A stretch of DNA of 61,188 bases from Candidatus Hydrothermarchaeota archaeon (GTDB lineage: Archaea; Hydrothermarchaeota; Hydrothermarchaeia; Hydrothermarchaeales; BMS3B), in assembly GCA_015521615.1 (NCBI GenBank), contig WANW01000096.1, forward strand, positions 1-61,188, written 5' to 3'. A program made the position numbers and the translations under genes. Shown piece by piece: positions 1-10,994 of this stretch. Below the pieces are notes generated by a model. The model did not search any database and was not told the DNA's origin. It saw only the letters and a list, made by a program, of their open reading frames with translations. Within the stretch, counting starts at the first letter, position 1. Every line of letters starts with the position of its first letter.

Positions 1-1
1 T

Positions 2-613
2 TCGGTGGTTACGCTGGAGCATGATGCGGAGGATGTACTTGGCTACTCCAAGGTTGTGTTTGTTGAAGGACCCAGTGTTGCCTCGGATGGCGATATCAAT
101 GGCACCAGCAACATAGTCGTGGAGTTCCGTGGGCCGACCCAGACCCTTGAGAAGGACGAGGTGCAGACCATCGAGGATACACTGTATACAATTGAGTGGG
201 ACTACGACAACAAGAAGCTCAAGATAAGGACATCGGAGGAGACCACAGTTGCCAGTGGCACCAAGCTGAAGGCTAAGAAGAAGCCGGGTAAGAACTTCCT
301 CGATGACACAAAGACATCATACATTATACTCACCTCAGGTGCTGGCGAGGAGAAGGTACCGGAGCTCGAGATAGTCGACGAGGACACTGCCAACAAGGAC
401 ATGAACCTTGTCCTCATAGGTGGTCCAGTGGCCAACAAGCTCGTGGCTGACCTGGTCAGCGCTGGCAAGAGCAAGGTTGACTGGTACACCAGCGATGGTG
501 ACATAGAGGTCATATCAGACGCCTTTGGCACAGGAAGCTACGGCATAATCGTTGCCGGTAAGACAAGGACAGAGACCCGTGCTGCTGCAGAGGCACTTGC
601 AGCTGCGCTGTAA
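2..613 (+). CDS. cell-surface / S-layer-type protein, C-terminal fragment (5' end outside window)
   Basis: The frame is open from the window edge to TAA 611-613; the track ORF 5..613 begins at an internal GTG. The sequence is acidic and Thr/Asp/Glu-rich. It ends in NLVLIGGPVANKLVADLVSAGK...GIIVAGKTRTETRAAAEALAAAL, a module I recall from archaeal S-layer C-termini (memory, not searched). A hairpin plus T-tract follows. Confidence 0.5.
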   Translation, partial: SVVTLEHDAEDVLGYSKVVFVEGPSVASDGDINGTSNIVVEFRGPTQTLEKDEVQTIEDTLYTIEWDYDNKKLKIRTSEETTVASGTKLKAKKKPGKNFLDDTKTSYIILTSGAGEEKVPELEIVDEDTANKDMNLVLIGGPVANKLVADLVSAGKSKVDWYTSDGDIEVISDAFGTGSYGIIVAGKTRTETRAAAEALAAAL

Positions 614-649
614 AGAGGCATAGCCTCTCTTTCCTTTCTTTTGTTTTTT
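614..649 (+). terminator. hairpin (AGAGGC-ata-GCCTCT) followed by a T-rich tract
   Basis: A 6-bp perfect stem lies at 614-619/623-628, directly after the stop codon. It is followed by ctttcctttcttttgttttttg. Archaeal termination at oligo-T is established; function here is inferred. Confidence 0.45.
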
Positions 650-706
650 GTAGCTTTCTTCCGAGTTTGGGTTTTGTTTTCAAGGTTAATTTGTGGTGTT
701 TGGGAG

Positions 707-1183
707 ATGAAGGATGCAATAAGGGAGGCGATAAAAGAGCTCATTCTCCCGGAGTTTGGCTCTCTCAGGGAGGAGGTTCGAGAGCTCAGGGGCCAGCAGC
801 GGGAGTTCAGCCAGAGACTGAGCGATGTAAACCAGCTTTTGATAGACCTGAATAGACGCATAGACGAGACCAACAAGCGCATCGACGAGACGAATGCCCG
901 CATAGATAACGTGCGTGAGGAGCTAACCGCCCGCATAGACGCGACCAACAAGCGCATAGACGCGACCAACAAGCGCATAGACAGCGTGCGCGAGGAGCTA
1001 ACTGCCCGCATAGACGCTCTAAGTGCCAGGGTGGACGGTCTCAATCTCAGAGTGGACAGCTTAACCCAAGAGGTGGCGAAGCTCAGAGAAGATTTTGCTG
1101 AGTTCAAGGGGAGGGAGAAGATTATTGCCGATGTGCTAAAGCGGGTGGAGAGGCTCGAGGGAAAGGTGTTTGCGGAAGGGTGA
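707..1183 (+). CDS. coiled-coil protein with heptad RID(E/A)TNK repeats
   Basis: ATG at 707. The track start at 641 lies in the T-rich spacer and adds a hydrophobic, improbable N-terminus. Consecutive 7-residue units read RIDETNK, RIDETNA, RIDNVREELTA, RIDATNK, RIDATNK, RIDSVREELTA, RIDALSA, RVDGLNL, RVDSLTQ. No catalytic motif is present. Confidence 0.65.
   Translation: MKDAIREAIKELILPEFGSLREEVRELRGQQREFSQRLSDVNQLLIDLNRRIDETNKRIDETNARIDNVREELTARIDATNKRIDATNKRIDSVREELTARIDALSARVDGLNLRVDSLTQEVAKLREDFAEFKGREKIIADVLKRVERLEGKVFAEG
932..982 (+). repeat. perfect 21-bp tandem repeat (cgcatagacgcgaccaacaag x2 plus a 9-bp partial third copy) inside the coiled-coil gene
   Basis: Units at 932-952 and 953-973 are identical, and 974-982 repeats the first 9 nt. 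A longer imperfect repeat (about 899-945 versus 974-1020) encodes RIDxVREELTARIDA twice. Confidence 0.85.
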
Positions 1184-1260
1184 AAGCCATAGGATGAGTG
1201 CCTCTTGTATATTCTCAAAAGCGATAGTATTATATATCCACTTGGCATTATATTGTAAGC

Positions 1261-2808
1261 ATGAGATGGGGAGTTTTACTGGTATTTGTTGTTTTATCAG
1301 TCCTGTTGCCTGCGGCATACGCTGAAGAACTTACAGAAGAGTTTGCCAAAGATTATACTTCAGTCTCATATGCAACAGTATCCGGCGAAGCGTATTTTTC
1401 CTATATTGACAGCGAGGGTGATGGAAGCATCGATGCGGTGGTTGTGGGAGATTCTGCAACCGGGAATGTGAGGATTGTTAAATTTGGCACATCAGAAATT
1501 TTCAAAAGTTTTAAGGTGACACTCGGGAGTACCTTTGCATTAGCCACTATAACCGTTAAAGGCTCGCCTTCAAAAATAGTAATAGGGAGTAAGTATCTGG
1601 AGGTGTATGACTCTGAGGGTAAACTACTCTGGGAAAATAAGACCCTTCCTAGTAGCGTTTTTTCAATTGCAATTGCAGATCTGAACAGAGACGGCAACGA
1701 AGATGAGATTGCAGTGGGACTTATGGACAGAATATTGGCTTTTGATAAGGATGGAGCATTGTTATGGGAAAAGGAAATATATGGAAGGGCCGATAACCTT
1801 GTAGCTCTGGATTTAAATGAAGACGGTGTAAGAGAAAGTTTGGCGGTTTCAGAAGGGGATCTGTTGTCCCTGTTATCTCCGGAAGGAAGACAGATTAACA
1901 AATTTGAAAGGGAGTACTTTAATTACAGGATTGTAAAGGTGGGCGCAGTCGATTTAAATCGTGATGGCTATTTGTCGGAGATAATTGTTATTGATTCTGG
2001 CGGGGAAGTTTTTGCTTTCAACAGGTCTGATATGATCTGGAAATCCGAAGTCAATTATGAAAGTGGTACAAATCTAAAAATATTCCAGCTGGATAAAGGA
2101 AATGATATCTTTATCCTTTCATCCTCCCTCTACCGTTTCTTCCCTGATGGAGAGAGACAGTTTTATTACATCGGAAAATTCAGGGATGCGGTGGCCATTG
2201 ACTTCAGCGGTGATGGTAGGACAGAGAGCATCGTCATGGGAAAGAGTGGTGAGATATATGCGATAAGAAATGGGAAACAGGTAGGCTACTACCTGGAAGA
2301 CGACGAAAAAATTTCGCCCTACAACAGGACAGGGGCTCGTGCTCTAACGCCTTTCGACTACGACGGTGACGGTGTGCTTGACGACCTGCTTGTGGTAAAC
2401 CCGGATAATCAGCTTTTGATAGTTTCTCATCTAAAGTCTCATGTCAGTGGTAAAATTATTGTTCTCGCCAACCTTATCGACTATGCGCTCGCTTCAGATT
2501 TCTTTGAATATCTGCGCAGCTCTGGTTATGAGGCTATCCACGTCCTGCCAGAGAATTTCGATTCCTATAAGACAGAGAAGAATATTATAATTCTGGGCGG
2601 GCACAAGGCACCCCAGGGGGTTGGGGAGATAGTCGGTGACCTGCTCAGCGCGGAGCAGAAGTCTGAGCTGGAGAAGCCGGGCGCCGTTGAGATGTTCACC
2701 TTTGAAGACATCTGGGCTCCCGGGCAGCACGTTATTGTGCTCGCGGGCAACACCAGAGAAGAGACAAAGCAGGCCCACAGGAAGTACCGGCAAGACCTGC
2801 AGTTTTAG
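1261..2808 (+). CDS. secreted FG-GAP/VCBS-repeat beta-propeller protein with an S-layer-like C-terminal module
   Basis: The N-terminus is a signal-like MRWGVLLVFVVLSVLLPAAYA. Repeated Ca-binding-type loops occur: DLNRDGNEDEIAVG, DLNEDGVRE, DLNRDGYLSEIIV, DFSGDGRTESIV, DYDGDGVLDDLLV. The C-terminus IIILGGHKAPQGVGEIVGDLL...VIVLAGNTREETKQAHRKY resembles the C-terminus of the upstream fragment. Confidence 0.7.
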   Translation: MRWGVLLVFVVLSVLLPAAYAEELTEEFAKDYTSVSYATVSGEAYFSYIDSEGDGSIDAVVVGDSATGNVRIVKFGTSEIFKSFKVTLGSTFALATITVKGSPSKIVIGSKYLEVYDSEGKLLWENKTLPSSVFSIAIADLNRDGNEDEIAVGLMDRILAFDKDGALLWEKEIYGRADNLVALDLNEDGVRESLAVSEGDLLSLLSPEGRQINKFEREYFNYRIVKVGAVDLNRDGYLSEIIVIDSGGEVFAFNRSDMIWKSEVNYESGTNLKIFQLDKGNDIFILSSSLYRFFPDGERQFYYIGKFRDAVAIDFSGDGRTESIVMGKSGEIYAIRNGKQVGYYLEDDEKISPYNRTGARALTPFDYDGDGVLDDLLVVNPDNQLLIVSHLKSHVSGKIIVLANLIDYALASDFFEYLRSSGYEAIHVLPENFDSYKTEKNIIILGGHKAPQGVGEIVGDLLSAEQKSELEKPGAVEMFTFEDIWAPGQHVIVLAGNTREETKQAHRKYRQDLQF

Positions 2809-2831
2809 AAGTTATGAAAGTTAACGGTTAA

Positions 2832-2906
2832 CGGGCCCGACGGGATTTGAACCCGCGACTAACTGGTTAAGAGCCAGCCACTCTAGCCAGACTGAGTTAC
2901 GGGCCC
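2832..2906 (-). tRNA. tRNA-Lys (anticodon CUU)
   Basis: The reverse complement folds as a cloverleaf: GGGCCCG-TA-ACTC-AGTCTGGCTA-GAGT-G-GCTGG-CTCTTAA-CCAGT-TAGTC-GCGGG-TTCAAAT-CCCGT-CGGGCCC-G. It is 75 nt, and no CCA is encoded. Confidence 0.9.
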
Positions 2907-2990
2907 GAGAAGCTGAGCTGAGCATAACCTTTGAAAATTTTTTGGAATTTTTCCCTTCGGTAACCTCAGATTAAGGGACGAGGCGTTGCC

Positions 2991-4682
2991 ATGGTGGAGC
3001 TGGTTGACGACGTTTATCAGTGCGATGTCCTGGTTATAGGTGGTGGTGGAGCAGGTGCAAGGGCTGCAATAGAGGCCAGGAAGCACAACGTTGAAGTGCT
3101 TCTTGTGGTTAAGGGTCTTTTTGGGAGGAGTGGATGCACCGTCATGGCAGAGGGCGGTTACAATGCGGCCTTTGGTTTTGTGGACCCGGAGGATACTCCT
3201 GAGCTCCACTTCGAGGATACAGTAATAGGCGGGCGCTTCCTGAACAATCAGAAGCTGGTGGAGATTCTCGTCAGAGACGCTCCAAAGCGCGTGCTGGAGC
3301 TGGAAAGCTTCGGTGCGACCTTTGACAGGATTGAGCCAGAGAAGTTTGACCAGCGCTACTTTGGCGGGCAACGATTTCGCAGAACTGTGCATCGCGGCGA
3401 CAGAACGGGACACGAGATGATGAATGCACTCAAAGAAGAGGCATACCGCCTTGGCATAGAGGTGCTTGAAGAGGTGGCAATCACGCGTCTGCTAACCAAT
3501 GAGGGCATTATTACGGGCGCCACAGGTCTTGACCTGATTCATGGGCGTTTTCTGCTCTTCAAGGCAAAGGCAGTTGTGCTCGCCACCGGTGGTGCGGGCA
3601 GGCTTTACTCAATAACCACAAACCCATATCAGAAAACCGGTGATGGCTACGCTCTAGCATACAATGCGGGGGCTGAGCTGATAGACATGGAGATGGTGCA
3701 GTTTCATCCCACCGGTATGGTCTACCCCCCCTCTGCGAGTGGACTCCTCGTAACAGAGGCGGTGCGCGGAGAGGGAGGCAAGCTCTACAATAGCCTGGGA
3801 GAGCGCTTCATGGCACGCTATGATCCCGAGAGAATGGAGCTCTCCACTCGTGATGTCGTAACGCGCGCAATATTCAGGGAGATAACCGAAGGGAGGGGGA
3901 CGGAGCACGGTGGGGTGTACCTTGACCTCACCCACGTGCCGGATGAAATCATAGAGCAGAAGCTGGGCACGATGCTCAAGCAGTTCCTCGACGTGGGTGT
4001 GGACATACGCCGTGAGCCCATGGAGGTTTCTCCAAGTGCTCATCACTTCATGGGAGGTGTGCGCACCCGCGAAGACTGCCGGAGCACAGTGATACCAAAC
4101 CTCTTTGCCTGCGGTGAGGTGAATGGTGGAGTGCACGGTGCGAACCGTCTGGGTGGCAACTCTCTGGCTGAGACACAGGTTTTCGGGGCAATCGCCGGAG
4201 AGAACGCTGCAAAAGAGGCCAAAAGGCATGGATATGCGAAAGTGGATTATAAAACTCTGGAAGAAGAGCACGAACGGATATTCCGCTTCGAGGCGGGTGA
4301 AGGCCTGTTACCCTACGAGGTGCGCTCGCAGCTTCAGCGGGTTATGTGGGAGAAGGTGGGAATAATGCGAAGCAGGCAGAGCCTGGAAGAGGCCCTCCGC
4401 ACCATTGCCATGCTCAGGAGCAAACTTGAGGAAGTAACTGTGGAAAGTGGGCTCAGATACAACCTTCAGCTGCTCGCTGCTGTGGAGCTGGACAACATGC
4501 TGCTCGTAGCTGAGATGATCGCAAGAAGTGCGCTGCTGCGTACCGAGAGCAGAGGAGCACACTTCCGCAGCGACTATCCCGAAGAAGACCCGCGCTGGGT
4601 TAAGAATATTGTGGTATCTAAGGCGGCCGATGGGATGCTTGTCAGGACGGTTGAGCCTGTGATAACCACTCTTGTGCCGTGA
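2991..4682 (+). CDS. succinate dehydrogenase / fumarate reductase flavoprotein subunit
   Basis: Motifs seen are the FAD dinucleotide fold DVLVIGGGGAGARAAIEA, plus HPTG, RGEGG and HFMGGV. The length is 563 aa, and an Fe-S subunit gene follows immediately. Confidence 0.85.
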   Translation: MVELVDDVYQCDVLVIGGGGAGARAAIEARKHNVEVLLVVKGLFGRSGCTVMAEGGYNAAFGFVDPEDTPELHFEDTVIGGRFLNNQKLVEILVRDAPKRVLELESFGATFDRIEPEKFDQRYFGGQRFRRTVHRGDRTGHEMMNALKEEAYRLGIEVLEEVAITRLLTNEGIITGATGLDLIHGRFLLFKAKAVVLATGGAGRLYSITTNPYQKTGDGYALAYNAGAELIDMEMVQFHPTGMVYPPSASGLLVTEAVRGEGGKLYNSLGERFMARYDPERMELSTRDVVTRAIFREITEGRGTEHGGVYLDLTHVPDEIIEQKLGTMLKQFLDVGVDIRREPMEVSPSAHHFMGGVRTREDCRSTVIPNLFACGEVNGGVHGANRLGGNSLAETQVFGAIAGENAAKEAKRHGYAKVDYKTLEEEHERIFRFEAGEGLLPYEVRSQLQRVMWEKVGIMRSRQSLEEALRTIAMLRSKLEEVTVESGLRYNLQLLAAVELDNMLLVAEMIARSALLRTESRGAHFRSDYPEEDPRWVKNIVVSKAADGMLVRTVEPVITTLVP

Positions 4683-4692
4683 GGTTGAGAAT

Positions 4693-5385
4693 ATGAAGAT
4701 TACAGTTTTCAGATACAATCCTCAAACTGAAGATGAGCCACGGTATGAGACCTATGAGATAGAGCACCATCCTCACATGAAGATAATCGATGCGCTTCAG
4801 CAGATCAACGAGCGCTATGGCGCAAACATCGCCTACAGGAGTTCCTGCAGGGCCGGGCAGTGCGGCTCCTGTGCGGTGCTTGCGAACCGCAAGCCAGTTT
4901 TAGCCTGCAGAACCGACGTTGTTGAAGGAATGCTACTTGAACCGCTGAGAAACTTCCCCGTTATAAAGGACCTGGTTGTAGCGACACAGAAAAACTACCC
5001 GAGGGTAAGGGCTCTGCGCCCATATCTGCACAGAGGTAAAAAGAGAGAGGCAAGAATAGAGAAGCTCCTCCCCGAGGAACTCAGGCGTCTTGAAAAGCTG
5101 AAGAGCTGTATAGAGTGCAGCTCCTGCATGAGTTCCTGCCCCTCGCACACCCACAGCAAGGAATTCGCAGGGCCGATGCTCTTCAGAATAATTGCACGCT
5201 TTGTGCACGACCCCCGTGACAAGCTGAACCGTCTGCCTATAGCCGTGGAAGAGGGACTATACCTCTGCACCACCTGCGGCACCTGCAGGGAAGTGTGCCC
5301 CGAGGAGATACCAACCAACGAGGAGATACAGGAGATGCGCCGCCTGGTGTATGAGGGGAGTAACTCACTGGGAGAGGCTGAGTAG
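4693..5385 (+). CDS. succinate dehydrogenase / fumarate reductase iron-sulfur subunit
   Basis: ATG 4693 is preceded by GAGGTTGAG. The 2Fe-2S motif is CRAGQCGSCAV, and the ferredoxin-type motifs are CIECSSCMSSCP and CTTCGTCREVCP. Confidence 0.85.
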   Translation: MKITVFRYNPQTEDEPRYETYEIEHHPHMKIIDALQQINERYGANIAYRSSCRAGQCGSCAVLANRKPVLACRTDVVEGMLLEPLRNFPVIKDLVVATQKNYPRVRALRPYLHRGKKREARIEKLLPEELRRLEKLKSCIECSSCMSSCPSHTHSKEFAGPMLFRIIARFVHDPRDKLNRLPIAVEEGLYLCTTCGTCREVCPEEIPTNEEIQEMRRLVYEGSNSLGEAE

Positions 5386-5904
5386 CATTAGTGCAGCAGC
5401 AACAAGCACACCCCATACAGCAAAGTTCCAGCGTATAACCTTTGAGCCGTCCAGGGGTGGGAAGGGGATCATGTTAAAAAGTGCGAGCCATGCATTTATT
5501 GCAGCGCCGAAGTTGAATCCTATAAGCAAAAACAGTATGGCGAGGGCTATGTTTGCTGTTGCGCCCGAGGCTGAGATTATGCCGTCCTCGCGTCGTGAGA
5601 TGCCAAAGTAGCCCGGGATTATGTAAACCGCACCCGGTGCAATAAACAACCATCCCGTTACCACCACCAGAAAAAGAGCGCCTATCAAACCCAGCTCCCA
5701 CATGCGGTACTCTGCCCAGCACCCAAAGCGCTGTGCCGTAACTTTGTGGGCGAGCTCATGGAAGACAAAACCCGTGCTCACAGCAATGAGGGAGACAAGG
5801 AGGAGACCAATGGAGGGAATCCCTCCCACCATGTTGTAGGCAAACACAAAGGCGATTACCACCGCTGAAATTGCAAGCTCCTTAATCTCTCGCGTGGTGA
5901 ACAC
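5365..5904 (-). CDS. M50 (site-2 protease) family membrane metalloprotease
   Basis: The sequence contains HELAHK (HExxH) within a TM segment and the downstream NMIPFPPLDGSK motif. It is a multi-TM protein of 179 aa with a GTG start. Confidence 0.75.
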   Translation of the reverse strand: MFTTREIKELAISAVVIAFVFAYNMVGGIPSIGLLLVSLIAVSTGFVFHELAHKVTAQRFGCWAEYRMWELGLIGALFLVVVTGWLFIAPGAVYIIPGYFGISRREDGIISASGATANIALAILFLLIGFNFGAAINAWLALFNMIPFPPLDGSKVIRWNFAVWGVLVAAALMLLSLSQ

Positions 5905-5909
5905 AAGAT

Positions 5910-6311
5910 TCAGAGCTCTCGCCTCCTCGTGGTGGGCATCTCCTCGTAATAAAGAAGACTAACTTCAGGAGGAAAAATAAATCCTCCGACGCTTCTCACC
6001 TCTCCTTTTGCCAGTCTGCCGACAAGCTCTACCTCTATCACATCACCCACCTTTCCGGAGGTAAGTGCCCTGCCAAGCTCCTTCTGCAGCAGTGTACCAA
6101 GCTCATTTTTGTGCGAGTATGAGACAAGTACCAGATCGCCCCTGCGCACACCTCTGAGCTTGAGAAACTCCTTAAAAAGTGAGGGTGAGACCAGCGAGGT
6201 TATAAGGAACAGCAGCACCTTCTGCTCTGTGCTGAAGCTGAAAAAACTCATCCCCAGGAAGAGCAGTGTAATAAGAACCAGGTAGAATTTCAGGAAGTCA
6301 ACCACTCGCAT
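5910..6311 (-). CDS. hypothetical membrane protein
   Basis: ATG 6311 lies 2 nt after the TraB stop; the track start is TTG 6323. There are two N-terminal hydrophobic segments and then a soluble domain I do not recognise. Confidence 0.5.
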   Translation of the reverse strand: MRVVDFLKFYLVLITLLFLGMSFFSFSTEQKVLLFLITSLVSPSLFKEFLKLRGVRRGDLVLVSYSHKNELGTLLQKELGRALTSGKVGDVIEVELVGRLAKGEVRSVGGFIFPPEVSLLYYEEMPTTRRREL

Positions 6312-6312
6312 T

Positions 6313-9753
<3,441 letters not shown>

Positions 9754-9760
9754 TGGTGTT

Positions 9761-10951
9761 TTACTCGCCGGAAGTTTCTCTGGATGGATACTCCTCCATG
9801 GCCCGCTTTATCTTCTCCATCCCGGCTTTGATGTTCTCCATGCTGGTTGCAAAGCTCAGCCTTATGTAGCCCTCGCCCTCTTCGCCAAAGGCTGCGCCCG
9901 GAACAACGGCCACACCGGCTTTCTCGAGAAGATAGTTTGCCAGTCTGAAGGAATCCTTATCATAGGCTGAGAAGTTGGCGAAAGCGTAGAAGGCTCCCCT
10001 GGGCTCAACACAGCTAACACCGGGAATACTTCTGAGTTCCTTCACAATATAATGCCGCCGCTCGTTGAAGGCTCTGACCATGTGCTCAATCTCCTCTCTG
10101 GGACCGCGCAATGCCGCTACCGCAGCCTTCTGCACAAAGCTGGTGACGTTGCTCACACTGTGCGCCTGTAGGCGCGTCATCGCCTTTATCACCTCTCTGG
10201 GGCCTGCGGCATAGCCCACGCGCCAGCCCGTCATGGAATACGCCTTTGAAAGTCCATTCACAGTAATCACACGCTCCTTCATGTTGTCCAGGCTGGCGAT
10301 GCTTACGTGCTCAGCATCATCGTAGATTATATATTCGTATATCTCGTCGGAGATTATGAAGATATCATGATCCTCACACACCTCGGCTATGCCCTTCAGG
10401 TCGCTCCTGTTCAACACCGCCCCTGTGGGGTTGTTTGGTGAATTTAGTATAAGGAGCTTTGTTCGCCGGGTAACCTTCTCAGCCACCGCATCGCTGAGAA
10501 GACGGAATCCGTCCTCTTCATATGTAGGCACAAACACAGGTTTGCCCTCGGCGAGATGCACCATCGCCGGATAGGACACCCACCAGGGCGCGGGGATGAG
10601 CACCTCATCTCCACGCTCCACAAGCACCATTATTGCAGCATAGAGTGCCATCTTTGCACCGGGTGTGATTACCACCTCCCCCTCGGGGTCATAGTTTATT
10701 CCGTTTTCCCTTTCCAGTTTTTCCGCCACAGCCTCGCGAAGTTCAGGAATACCTGCCGCTGGTGTATAGTATATGAAACCCTCATCCAGCGCTTTGCGTA
10801 GCGCCTGCTTGATGTGCTCAGGTGTCTGAAAATCAGGTTCACCTGCACCGAAGTTTATAATCTCCTTTCCCTGTGCGCGTAACGCCTTTGCCTTGGCAGT
10901 TATTTCAAGCGTTGCAGAGGGCTTAACCCTTTTAATCCTGTCCGAAAGCAT
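9761..10951 (-). CDS. class I pyridoxal-phosphate aminotransferase (aspartate aminotransferase-like)
   Basis: The protein is 396 aa and contains NFGAGEPDF, NSPNNPTG and the PLP-lysine motif SKAYSMTGWRVGY. Confidence 0.85.
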   Translation of the reverse strand: MLSDRIKRVKPSATLEITAKAKALRAQGKEIINFGAGEPDFQTPEHIKQALRKALDEGFIYYTPAAGIPELREAVAEKLERENGINYDPEGEVVITPGAKMALYAAIMVLVERGDEVLIPAPWWVSYPAMVHLAEGKPVFVPTYEEDGFRLLSDAVAEKVTRRTKLLILNSPNNPTGAVLNRSDLKGIAEVCEDHDIFIISDEIYEYIIYDDAEHVSIASLDNMKERVITVNGLSKAYSMTGWRVGYAAGPREVIKAMTRLQAHSVSNVTSFVQKAAVAALRGPREEIEHMVRAFNERRHYIVKELRSIPGVSCVEPRGAFYAFANFSAYDKDSFRLANYLLEKAGVAVVPGAAFGEEGEGYIRLSFATSMENIKAGMEKIKRAMEEYPSRETSGE

Positions 10952-10994
10952 TGCATCACCAGCTAAACCTTCGCCGCAGAGGTATTAAAACTTT

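Noticed and set aside
538-1248. 236-aa minus-strand ORF antisense to the coiled-coil gene
   Set aside because: It is low-complexity Ser/Leu/Arg sequence generated by the reverse complement of the heptad repeats. The plus-strand frame has a clear start and a coherent coiled-coil pattern.
2809-2990. tRNA-Lys and tRNA-Phe (41624-41697) as boundaries of integrated elements
   Set aside because: I saw no integrase or recombinase gene and no duplicated tRNA 3'-end (att) sequence in the flanks. Only a mild compositional difference of the FG-GAP gene remains, and it is reported separately.
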